The translations under genes were made by a program, and so were the position numbers. Positions 16,698 to 24,658 of a stretch of DNA of 42,362 nt are shown one piece after another; within the stretch, counting starts at the first letter, position 1, and each line of letters starts with the position of its first letter. Where the stretch lies: IMG/VR virus record IMGVR_UViG_3300006169_000159, positions 1-42,362 of that record. One strand, written 5' to 3'. The notes beneath the pieces were generated by a model. The model worked only from the letters and a program-made list of their open reading frames with translations, was not told the DNA's origin and made no database searches. Source of the DNA: a virus (lineage: Duplodnaviria; Caudoviricetes).

Positions 16698-17404
16698 GAT
16701 GCCTCCATGGCGCTCGGTTCCGAGGCGCTGTGCCTCGGTTCTGCGAACGTAGCACTCCCCACCGTCACGGGTCCATGCCTCAGCGGAGCCGGGCCGCGAG
16801 CGCCCGAGGTGTCGCCGCGCTCTCCCAGTACAGGATCGCCGGTCGCAACCGCGTCCACATGTTGCCGTCCGCGTCCTCGATCACGAACCACGTCCCCCTG
16901 TGGCTCTGGAAGCGAGCCCTGACCCTGCCCTCGATGATCTGCCGGTTCTGAAAGCCCCGATGGATCTGGGCTAGATCCCCGATGAACGGTCCTTCGTCTC
17001 CCAGCATCGTCGCCTCCTGCGAGCGCGGGCGCGGTAGCCCTGTTGTTACCTCTGTTGTTTGTCTTTATGGACCGGACATCTGTGACCGGTTGGATAGGAC
17101 TGTCGTGTCCGGTGGTCTGTCGCCTCAAATCCTCGACGATGTGCGGCACCCGAGTGCGGTTCGTCTTGCACTTGCCTCGACGCTCAGTCTCGATCAGGTC
17201 GAGCGCTTCCAGTTCCCTGAGCCACCGTCTGATCGTTCGGACGTCCACTCCCATGTCGTGAGCGAACCCCTCCTGCCCCTTGACAGTGAAGCAATCCTGA
17301 TACGAGTACGACAGGATCAGTGCGTAGAACGCCTTCAGGTGCGGCTTGATCGCCGGGTCGCGCAGAACGTCACTGTGAACCTGAGTGAATGGTCTCTGTG
17401 ACAT
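16553..17404 (-). CDS. winged-HTH replication initiator-like protein
   Basis: FTQVHSDVLRDPAI..KAFYALILSY..QEGFAHDMGVDVRTIRRWLRELEALDLIETERR..TN typical of phage initiator N-termini; the part after ~aa 130 overlaps other genes and looks unstructured. Confidence 0.7.
   Translation of the reverse strand: MSQRPFTQVHSDVLRDPAIKPHLKAFYALILSYSYQDCFTVKGQEGFAHDMGVDVRTIRRWLRELEALDLIETERRGKCKTNRTRVPHIVEDLRRQTTGHDSPIQPVTDVRSIKTNNRGNNRATAPALAGGDDAGRRRTVHRGSSPDPSGLSEPADHRGQGQGSLPEPQGDVVRDRGRGRQHVDAVATGDPVLGERGDTSGARGPAPLRHGPVTVGSATFAEPRHSASEPSAMEASCLDCTSPPRRPHSASSDALPTSWACTSTASVQAGTSSRSPTLEVVIG
16780..17007 (-). CDS. hypothetical protein nested in the 3' extension of the initiator ORF
   Basis: AGGAGG RBS before ATG 17007. 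Confidence 0.6.
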   Translation of the reverse strand: MLGDEGPFIGDLAQIHRGFQNRQIIEGRVRARFQSHRGTWFVIEDADGNMWTRLRPAILYWESAATPRALAARLR

Positions 17405-17405
17405 C

Positions 17406-17441
17406 AAAAAATCCTCCCGACATCTGTTGACTGTCGGGAGG
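17406..17441 (-). terminator. terminator/attenuator hairpin containing the initiator RBS
   Basis: CCTCCCGACA-N9-TGTCGGGAGG then ATTTTTT-G-ATG. Confidence 0.75.
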
Positions 17442-17566
17442 GTCGGGTATCGTTCATCTAGATCTCCAAGGATCGAGAGCGGCCACCCAGCCTTCGTTTG
17501 CCTCACAACTCACGAACCGGGTGGCCGTTCTGTGTGTCCGCCCCCCTGTTGAGAGGCCGTATTTAG

Positions 17567-17594
17567 AGGGTATCCCTCGGCTCCGTCGGGTCAA
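17567..17594 (-). promoter_or_regulatory. candidate promoter of the initiator leader
   Basis: TTGACC-N16-TACCCT. Confidence 0.6.
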
Positions 17595-17701
17595 GAGGTC
17601 GAGCAGAAGTACAACCGTGTAGTTAGGCCGAAACCACCCGTTTCACGCCAGTACCAGACGACACACCAGTGTCACCATGGCTGAGACGGAAGGAGTCAGC
17701 C

Positions 17702-18724
17702 ATGCGCAAGGCGTTCGTTGCAGCAATCGCAGCCCTCTTCAGCATCACTCTCTTCGCCCAGCCATCTCAGGCAATCGGCAGCCTCACCCTCTTCGCCAGT
17801 CATCCATCCGTGCAAGCCGAGAGCCTTGCCTCGGCTCGGTACATCAAGGATCTCGCCATCGATGATGGACGGCTGTACCTCGGGTACGGCAACTACACCG
17901 CCAACACCGGCCCTACTGACGTTGCCTACGTCAACCTCAGCACGAGGGCTACGGGTGTTGCAGTGACCGCTCCAACCGAAGAGATCAACACCTACCGGTC
18001 CTTCAGGGGCAACCTCTACGCCCCGTGGATCGACCCCCGAGGCTCCGGTACCACCGTCAACGGCGGCTACTCGACCAACGAAGGCTCGTGGCGCAACGTC
18101 TTCACCACCCCGGCAGGTCACGTCTACGACTACACCGAACTTGGTACGACACGCCTACTGGCAGGTGCGATCGCCTACGGCGGAGCAGGAGTCTGGGTCA
18201 GCAAGAACGGCGGTCCGTGAGTCCTGTCCACGTCCGACGTCACGGCGAGCGGGGTGACGACATGGGAGCGGTACTACTGGGCCGTCACACTACGCGGGCG
18301 CGTCTACGTGCAAGCGATGCACGACGGGATGTGCGGCGAGTTCGGGTGTGGCAAGGCGTTCCCCATGAAGCGGTACGACGGCTCCCGATGGACGACAGTC
18401 CGCTCCAACGTCACTGGTATCGCAGACGCATCCGACATCGAGGTCTTCAAGGACCGGGCGTACTTCCGCTCCTCGTACTTCGACGGGTCCAAGGTGCGCT
18501 CCTCCGGGCTGCCGCTTGGTGTCGCAGACTGGTACGCAACGCCGACTCGGCTCTACGCCATCTTTGGCAACGGCTCAGTTCGTCATACAGACAATGGGAC
18601 GACGTGGGTCACCGACGGAACCATCACTCTGCCGAGCGGTGAGCGACCGATGAGCATCGCGACCCAAGGACAGTTCGTCTACGTCGGAACATCGCTGGGA
18701 CGGATCTACCGAGCGACCTTCTGA
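17702..18724 (+). pseudogene. secreted beta-propeller/Asp-box-like protein interrupted by one in-frame TGA (18218-18220); pseudogene or readthrough gene
   Basis: signal peptide MRKAFVAAIAALF..SQA; the two ORFs are in one frame separated only by TGA in VWVSKNGGP*VLS; compare RHTDNGTTWV. Confidence 0.7.
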
Positions 18725-18725
18725 G

Positions 18726-18798
18726 CACGAGGCGTGGGAATCGAACCCACCCAACCGGTTTTGGAGACCAGTTCGCCTGCCTTGGGACATGGCCCCGC
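18726..18798 (-). tRNA. tRNA-Trp (CCA), atypical D-arm, no encoded CCA end
   Basis: acceptor GCGGGGC/GCCTCGT, G73, anticodon arm CTGGT-CTCCAAA-ACCGG, T arm GTGGG-TTCGATT-CCCAC. Confidence 0.85.
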
Positions 18799-18807
18799 GT
18801 GCTCAGA

Positions 18808-19035
18808 CTAGCGCTTGTACCAGACCAGTAGATGCACCGGTACATCACCGGGATCATCCGTCGGGTCGAGTACCAGTGCCTTCAAGTGCCACCGTCCAGC
18901 ATGCTTGCCCTTCTGCTGTCGTCTCGCCTCCACCACCCGGTACTGCCGACCAGACGGAGTGCGGATGACATCCCCCTCCTCCACGAACACCCGAGCGTCG
19001 TAGTACAGCGAGACGATGCTGCCAACGGGTCTCAT
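18808..19035 (-). CDS. hypothetical protein (75 aa)
   Basis: ATGA coupling. Confidence 0.65.
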   Translation of the reverse strand: MRPVGSIVSLYYDARVFVEEGDVIRTPSGRQYRVVEARRQQKGKHAGRWHLKALVLDPTDDPGDVPVHLLVWYKR

Positions 19036-19331
19036 GTGCGGACGTAGCGGACCGTTGCACCCAACTCTCGGAGGACTGAGATCTGCTCCGTCATCGGGTA
19101 CCGGAACTCCGACTTGCCCTCCTCGACCACGACGCGCCGCATCGGTGTTTCGAGCCACTCCTCGTGGATCAGAATCTCCGTTATCTTCGGCTCCCAGCCG
19201 AACAAGTCACGGTAGGCGTGGACATAGTGCCACCGCATGCGATCCAGTTGCTCCTGCATCGCCACAAGCCGTGCCCAGTTGTACTGCGGCGCGACGATCA
19301 GCGTGTTCTTGGCTTCCATCTCAGTCTCCAT
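19032..19331 (-). CDS. hypothetical protein
   Basis: coupled ORF; start 19331 or 19319. Confidence 0.6.
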   Translation of the reverse strand: METEMEAKNTLIVAPQYNWARLVAMQEQLDRMRWHYVHAYRDLFGWEPKITEILIHEEWLETPMRRVVVEEGKSEFRYPMTEQISVLRELGATVRYVRT

Positions 19332-19581
19332 ACACCAGCGCGAGTTCCAGCACCTCGGGGACGAACAAGGCACCGGGAGGCACCCCGAGGATGCGAGTCA
19401 ACTCCTCCACGGTCCAGCGAGACGGCAGGAGACGACCCTGCTCGATCAGCGTGTACGTGCTCTTGCTCGTGTTGAGCATCAGCGCCACCTCAGTGGCTGA
19501 GAGCGGCGGCTCATGACGACGCCGCCAGTACGCCAGTCCGGTGCCTGTCTTCAGGCTCAACGGAATCTTCTCCATCGCCAT
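19321..19581 (-). CDS. XRE-family HTH regulator
   Basis: LSATEVALMLNTSKSTYTLIEQGRLLPS..LTRILGV...LF; AAGGAG RBS. Confidence 0.85.
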   Translation of the reverse strand: MAMEKIPLSLKTGTGLAYWRRRHEPPLSATEVALMLNTSKSTYTLIEQGRLLPSRWTVEELTRILGVPPGALFVPEVLELALVYGD

Positions 19582-19604
19582 CTCCTTCGTGCCCCTATCA
19601 AAGC

Positions 19605-19641
19605 AGGAGCCGCCCCCCGATGGCGAGAGGGGGCGGCTCCT
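19605..19641. terminator. strong GC hairpin downstream of the late operon
   Basis: AGGAGCCGCCCCC..GGGGGCGGCTCCT 13-bp stem. Confidence 0.7.
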
Positions 19642-19718
19642 TGTGTCGCGGCAGCAGCAAGCGACAAGGCCAAGGTAAGTGACTAGCCATTGCGTCGGCA
19701 ACTATCACATGCCTGTGA

Positions 19719-19994
19719 TCACTTGCTCTTCACGATCAGGGTCATGCTCTTCTCGGGCTCACGCCCATCGGACGTCTTGATACCGCACGTGACTCGATAC
19801 GTCTGGCCAAGTGCGCCTCCACTGATCCACACCGTCACAGCGCGGCTGTTCGTGAGGAACGTGGTGCCCTTGGTCAGCCCCATCGGTACAGAGACGTCGT
19901 AGTCGGTGATCGTCTCTTCATCGTCGAGCCAGTTGGACCAGTCGAACGTGTAGTCCAACCTTTCATCAGGGTCATGTACGAATGAACTGGGCAT
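19719..19994 (-). CDS. fibre-attachment adaptor-like virion protein
   Basis: HDPDERLDYTFDWSNWL..VWISGG..YRVTC..T..GR pattern of phage fibre-tail adaptor proteins. Confidence 0.7.
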   Translation of the reverse strand: MPSSFVHDPDERLDYTFDWSNWLDDEETITDYDVSVPMGLTKGTTFLTNSRAVTVWISGGALGQTYRVTCGIKTSDGREPEKSMTLIVKSK

Positions 19995-20003
19995 GACGCT
20001 CCT

Positions 20004-22553
20004 TCACCTTGCCGGTACGGCGATCTGTCGAGGCTCTGAGGCGATGCTCCTCACCCTGATCTCCGGTGCTATCCGGTATACCCGATCCACTGTCGTCGGC
20101 TGAGCGGCAACTCGGGTATCGCGAGGGATTCGGTACGTTCGACTGTCCGGGGGAATCGCGTAGATGCGGATGCGCGGCTCGAAGTGAGCAACGATGAACA
20201 CCGTGCCGAACTGCTCCTCGGTCACTATTCCGAGCAGCGCGACGGCACTGTCCATCGTGACAGTCGGAACGCCGACGAGCGCAACGGATCCGATGCCGGA
20301 TGGACCAACAAACGTCGCCAGACCAATGGCCGGGGTTCCGACTTGCAGAGCAGTCGCTATCCCGGCAACGACAACAGTCAGTGCCGAAGTGACCGCAGGG
20401 GAGCCGAGGATCTGCTCCGACCCGATGCCGACAGCCTGAACAGCAAGACTTCCACCCACAGTCGGAAGCCCGAACTGCTCCGACGAGTCAACACCCGTCG
20501 GACCGACAGTCAGGACCGAGGCAACGACGGGGCTACCGAATGCCACCCCGGTTCCGATGCCCGTCGGAACAACCATCGCGCCAACAGCAGTCGACGGTGA
20601 GCCAAACTGCTCGCCACTCGAAATGCCAGCGACCGACACGGGGATCTGAGTAATCACCGTCGGAACACCCACGACCTGCGCCGTGGCAATGCCCTGAACG
20701 GTCACAACAGGGCCGGGGTTGCTGATCTGCGCAACACCAAACGCCGCGCCAGTCGAGATGCCAACAGGTGAGGCAGTGAGGCTGGCTGTCACCGACGGAG
20801 CCCCGATCGCCTGTGCTGTTCCGACGCCAGCAGGTGAGGCCGTGATCACTCCACCAACAGCAGGAGAGCCGAACTGCTCACCACTGGCTATCCCTACAGC
20901 AACTGCGGGAACGCTCCACGTCACCGACGGGCTACCGAGCGTCACTCTGGTCGGGATGCCGACCGGAACAACATCGGTTCCCGGAGGCGGAGCCGTGATC
21001 GCCGGACTACCAAACGCCTGTTGGGTGGCAATGCCGGTCACGCCGACCGTCAGCGAACCGGACAGACTCGGTGAACCGAACGCCCCTCCGGTGGCGATTC
21101 CCGAAGGACTGGACACCAGTGCCGTCGTAACGACCGGCGAGCCGAACTGGTCAGGCGTGGCGATTCCAGCCGGGCTGGCCGTGAGGACGGGCGTGACAGA
21201 AGGCGTGCCGAACTGATCGGGCGTTGCAACACCTGTCGGACTGACGGTCAAGACCGAAGAAGCGACCGAACTGCCGAACGCGAGAGCCGACGTGATCCCT
21301 GTAGGACTTGCGGTCAATGAAGCAGCAACCGCAGGCGCTCCGAATCCTGCACCAGTCGGCACCCCAGACGGTGAGGCGGTCAAGACCGTCGAAACAACTG
21401 GGCTTCCAAGCCCCTGCGCCGTTCCTATGCCGGACGGACTTGCAGTCAAACTCGTTGTGACAGTCGGAGAGCCGAATGCACCCCCCGTGCTAACCCCAGA
21501 CGGGCCAAGCGCGACAGAAGCGGTCACGACGGGCGCGGCTACAGCCTGAGCCGTGGCAATGCCCGTCGGAGAGGCCGTGACATCACTTACGGGCGTCTTG
21601 GAGCGGTAGGTCAAGTGCGCTCGGTAGGAGCCGTGCGTGCGGTACGTGCCATATACGACAGATCCAGCCGTCGGACTACCGACAGCAGCACCAGTAGCGA
21701 TTCCGGCAGGTGACACCACCAAACTGGCAGTCACACCCGGTGTACCGACGATCTCCACCGTGGGAACACCCGTTGGAGACGCCGTCTGTCCGACATTCAC
21801 AACGACTGCACCAAATACTTCGGCAGTCAGTATGCCTGTAGGTCCGGCTGTCAATGTCGCCGTCGCGTTGGGACTGCCGAAGACTGCCCCGGTCCCGACC
21901 CCCGTCGGGCTGACAGTCATTGCAGGAGGCAGCGCCGTGACGACCGCAGTACCGAATGACTCAGCCGTGCCAAGTCCCGTCGGACTGGCCGTAGTGCCAC
22001 TGGGTGCAACAGTCGCCGTGACGGTTCCGAACGTCTCTCCGGTTGCTATACCGGTAGGACTGGCCGTGATTGGAGACGTTGACGGCGTGTACGTGACATT
22101 GACAGAGACAGCGTCAACGTTCGCTACTGCACTCTGTGTCACAGCAGCACGTGTGAACGTGACGAGCACGCCAAGGTTGGCCAACTGCGCCCACGTGACC
22201 CCAGTGAACGTGAACGTCTGCGAGTACGTCGTCGACGTGGAGGCCGTCATGCTCTGGGCCGTACCGAACGCCACCGTATTGTCAGTCAGACGAACCGAGA
22301 TCGTCGGGATCCGGCTGGCGTTGTTGACGTATCCGTACACAGTGACACTGACAGAGTCGACCGAGGCTGGCTGTGACCCGATCGCCGCTTGGGCGGCGAA
22401 CTGCTGCGTACGTAGTGCTGCGCTTCCACCGCTAGTGGTGCTGGTCCATGTCGCGAACGTGGCATTGTTCGCACCTTGGGCATTGGTCATGCTGGCCCAT
22501 GTGCCACTCGCCGCTGCGGCTGAGGCGGCCCAGAGAACGCCGGTAGTCGCCAT
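20004..22553 (-). CDS. Ser/Thr/Gly-rich repeat virion protein (27 x ~22 aa)
   Basis: consensus LTASPTGIATxxxFGSPxVTxx; N-terminal beta-rich domain; Arg-rich C-terminal tail. Confidence 0.8.
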   Translation of the reverse strand: MATTGVLWAASAAAASGTWASMTNAQGANNATFATWTSTTSGGSAALRTQQFAAQAAIGSQPASVDSVSVTVYGYVNNASRIPTISVRLTDNTVAFGTAQSMTASTSTTYSQTFTFTGVTWAQLANLGVLVTFTRAAVTQSAVANVDAVSVNVTYTPSTSPITASPTGIATGETFGTVTATVAPSGTTASPTGLGTAESFGTAVVTALPPAMTVSPTGVGTGAVFGSPNATATLTAGPTGILTAEVFGAVVVNVGQTASPTGVPTVEIVGTPGVTASLVVSPAGIATGAAVGSPTAGSVVYGTYRTHGSYRAHLTYRSKTPVSDVTASPTGIATAQAVAAPVVTASVALGPSGVSTGGAFGSPTVTTSLTASPSGIGTAQGLGSPVVSTVLTASPSGVPTGAGFGAPAVAASLTASPTGITSALAFGSSVASSVLTVSPTGVATPDQFGTPSVTPVLTASPAGIATPDQFGSPVVTTALVSSPSGIATGGAFGSPSLSGSLTVGVTGIATQQAFGSPAITAPPPGTDVVPVGIPTRVTLGSPSVTWSVPAVAVGIASGEQFGSPAVGGVITASPAGVGTAQAIGAPSVTASLTASPVGISTGAAFGVAQISNPGPVVTVQGIATAQVVGVPTVITQIPVSVAGISSGEQFGSPSTAVGAMVVPTGIGTGVAFGSPVVASVLTVGPTGVDSSEQFGLPTVGGSLAVQAVGIGSEQILGSPAVTSALTVVVAGIATALQVGTPAIGLATFVGPSGIGSVALVGVPTVTMDSAVALLGIVTEEQFGTVFIVAHFEPRIRIYAIPPDSRTYRIPRDTRVAAQPTTVDRVYRIAPEIRVRSIASEPRQIAVPAR

Positions 22554-22570
22554 GCGTCCTCCCCTCGGGC

Positions 22571-23020
22571 TCAGGCGTCAGTCGTGTCGGTCACATCAGC
22601 AAGCAGCGCGTTGTTCAGCAATCGAACGAGCAAAGCGATCGCAGCAGTCTGTCGTTCATCTCGACGAATCATCGTCTTCAACGCCCGGTTCAACGTTGCC
22701 GTCGGCAATGCTTGGTTGTTCGTCTGTGCAAGAACGGTCGTCAGATCAGTATCGGTCTTGTACGCAGCGAGCCGTGTCAAGCGCCCGGTCAACGCCGTGA
22801 CATCGGTGAGTGCTGCGACAGTGGCTACAAGATCAACCGGCGACGGAACGACGTTCAGAACTGTGCGGGTGGCCGGATCCCAGTACCCATAGCCAGTCAG
22901 CAGCCTGTCATCGGTCCCGAGATCCAACAGTGTCAAGCCGCTGGGTACGGGGCTGGCTGCCGTCGAACCAACGGAGACAAGACGACCCGTGTCCGTTTCA
23001 TACAGAGCGTAAGTGCTCAT
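22571..23020 (-). CDS. putative fibre chaperone/tip protein
   Basis: YALYETDTGRLVS..WDPATR N-terminus plus helical C-terminus; position in module. Confidence 0.6.
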   Translation of the reverse strand: MSTYALYETDTGRLVSVGSTAASPVPSGLTLLDLGTDDRLLTGYGYWDPATRTVLNVVPSPVDLVATVAALTDVTALTGRLTRLAAYKTDTDLTTVLAQTNNQALPTATLNRALKTMIRRDERQTAAIALLVRLLNNALLADVTDTTDA

Positions 23021-23862
23021 CAAGGGACTCCAATCAGACAGGCACCCATGGAAAACCCGGACGTCGTTGCAACGGCGAGTCGGGTACCCGCTGGCACTCC
23101 GGGGAGAAACTGCGAGTAGCCCTCAGGAGCAACGGTTCCGTCGGTCCAGATCGACTCCGTGTTGCTGTACCGAGACCACATCCGGCCCAGTTCAACTTCC
23201 GAGCCGGGGGCACCCTTGCCCCCCCGGATGTAGGTGTTCTGACTCGGGTTGTTCACCCCATTGATCGAGGGGATCAGCATGACATTCCGATAGGAACGCG
23301 GAGTCGCGGCTACGACCTCAACCCAACCGGAACTGCTTGACACGATGACACCCTTCCCCGTGCTGACGTCGGCCCCGAAGACATCAAGAGTGCCGTCGGA
23401 CGACCTTGCTTCAGTCGGGACGACTCCGAGGGCATAGACGACAGTCATGGCACGAGAGGCGGTAACACATGCCCACCGAATCGCCACACGACTTCCTGCC
23501 GGAATCTGTACCGGTAGAGCAAGACGCCACTGAACAGCGAGACCACCTACAGCCAAGTCTTGAACTATCGCGACCTCACTGCCCACAGGTCCAACGGCCA
23601 CGTCCATCAAGCCGTCGGTCAGAACGCCGTTGGCACCTACGGCGAGAGAGAGCATGAGAAGACTGGAATCGGCTGCCGTCGATGCAATGACCTCAGTCCA
23701 TGCACCCTTCGTCAATGCAGTACCCCCTGCGGCCACAGAGATCGCAGCATGACCCGTCACCGGCTGGGGTGTAGCAGGATCGCTGCCGAACGTAGGCATT
23801 CCTACGGAACCACCCATGCCGGGGATCGTGACGGGTGACGACCCGATGTACAGCCCGCCCAT
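23020..23862 (-). CDS. putative receptor-binding/minor virion protein with internal duplication
   Basis: N-terminal LYIGSSPV; two related domains (W.EV.A.T..GSEV..PAG.R.A). Confidence 0.65.
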   Translation of the reverse strand: MGGLYIGSSPVTIPGMGGSVGMPTFGSDPATPQPVTGHAAISVAAGGTALTKGAWTEVIASTAADSSLLMLSLAVGANGVLTDGLMDVAVGPVGSEVAIVQDLAVGGLAVQWRLALPVQIPAGSRVAIRWACVTASRAMTVVYALGVVPTEARSSDGTLDVFGADVSTGKGVIVSSSSGWVEVVAATPRSYRNVMLIPSINGVNNPSQNTYIRGGKGAPGSEVELGRMWSRYSNTESIWTDGTVAPEGYSQFLPGVPAGTRLAVATTSGFSMGACLIGVP

Positions 23863-24113
23863 CAGGTCACCACATAGAGAACCTTGGGGTCCTTGGTGCC
23901 AAGAGCGTCGTATGCAGCCTGCGACAACGCGATGACAGCAAGAACCGACCCGTCTCCTCCGACTCCACCATCGAGAACAGCATCCTCGACCGCTTCAAGT
24001 GCATCCGAGTGGTGGTCGAGCATGACATCCAACTCAACACCGGGATCGTCCGTATTGGACGTCATCCCCGGTCGAGGAAACGAGTCGACCGAAGCGGGAA
24101 AGTTGGTCGCCAC
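23862..24113 (-). CDS. short fibre connector protein
   Basis: MATNFPASVD N-terminus and LSQAAYDALGTKDPKVLYVV C-terminal fibre motif. Confidence 0.7.
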   Translation of the reverse strand: MATNFPASVDSFPRPGMTSNTDDPGVELDVMLDHHSDALEAVEDAVLDGGVGGDGSVLAVIALSQAAYDALGTKDPKVLYVVT

Positions 24114-24122
24114 GTCGACTCC

Positions 24123-24551
24123 TTACAGTGTGAAGATCTTGTTGGCTCCGTTGTCCCAAGCGACCGTCACGTTGCCACCATTCGGCACGATCGGCAGGTT
24201 CGTGCCCGTGTCGATCCATGCGATGAGCCGCTGAGCGGTGGCCGCGACATCAGCGCCGCCAGTGACAGCCGAGGACTGGAAGATCAGGAGGCTGTGGTTC
24301 GATGCATTCGCCGCGACCGACGTGTAGGTCACGTCGTCAGCGTCAGCCGTACCACCAGTGACGGACTTGTTCGTCAGAGCAGCCGAGGTCACGTGCAGAA
24401 CACCACCAGCAGCGGTGACTTCGGAGACGAACTTGTGAGCAGCAGAGAACGTGTAGGCCCGCACCAGCGCGACCTTGATGACAGCAGTGTCCCAGTCGAT
24501 CTCGCCTGCGAGGAAGCCCTCACGACCGGGGTTGAACAGTGCGTTCGCCAT
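24123..24551 (-). CDS. putative fibre subunit (142 aa)
   Basis: MANALF..FL.GEIDW....IKVALV..DADDVT..PNGGNVTVAW..IFTL; AAGGAG RBS. Confidence 0.7.
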   Translation of the reverse strand: MANALFNPGREGFLAGEIDWDTAVIKVALVRAYTFSAAHKFVSEVTAAGGVLHVTSAALTNKSVTGGTADADDVTYTSVAANASNHSLLIFQSSAVTGGADVAATAQRLIAWIDTGTNLPIVPNGGNVTVAWDNGANKIFTL

Positions 24552-24581
24552 GGCGGCGTCTCCTTACGAGCGGGCTGACTG

Positions 24582-24601
24582 AGAAGAAACGCCGAAGCGT
24601 C
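24582..24601 (-). terminator. short UUCG hairpin with pyrimidine tail
   Basis: ACGC-TTCG-GCGT-TTCTTCT between the holin and the fibre module. Confidence 0.4.
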
Positions 24602-24658
24602 GTTAGACACTCCGGCGCATCTTCATGCTAGGGCAACTGGGGCTCCGAGTCAGGGAGC

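Noticed and set aside
17640-17656. Second parS-like sequence GTTTCACGCCAGTAC
   Set aside because: Only a half-site; not palindromic
18726-18798. tRNA as attP or prophage boundary
   Set aside because: Phage genes continue on both sides, no integrase nearby and no duplicated tRNA 3' end seen
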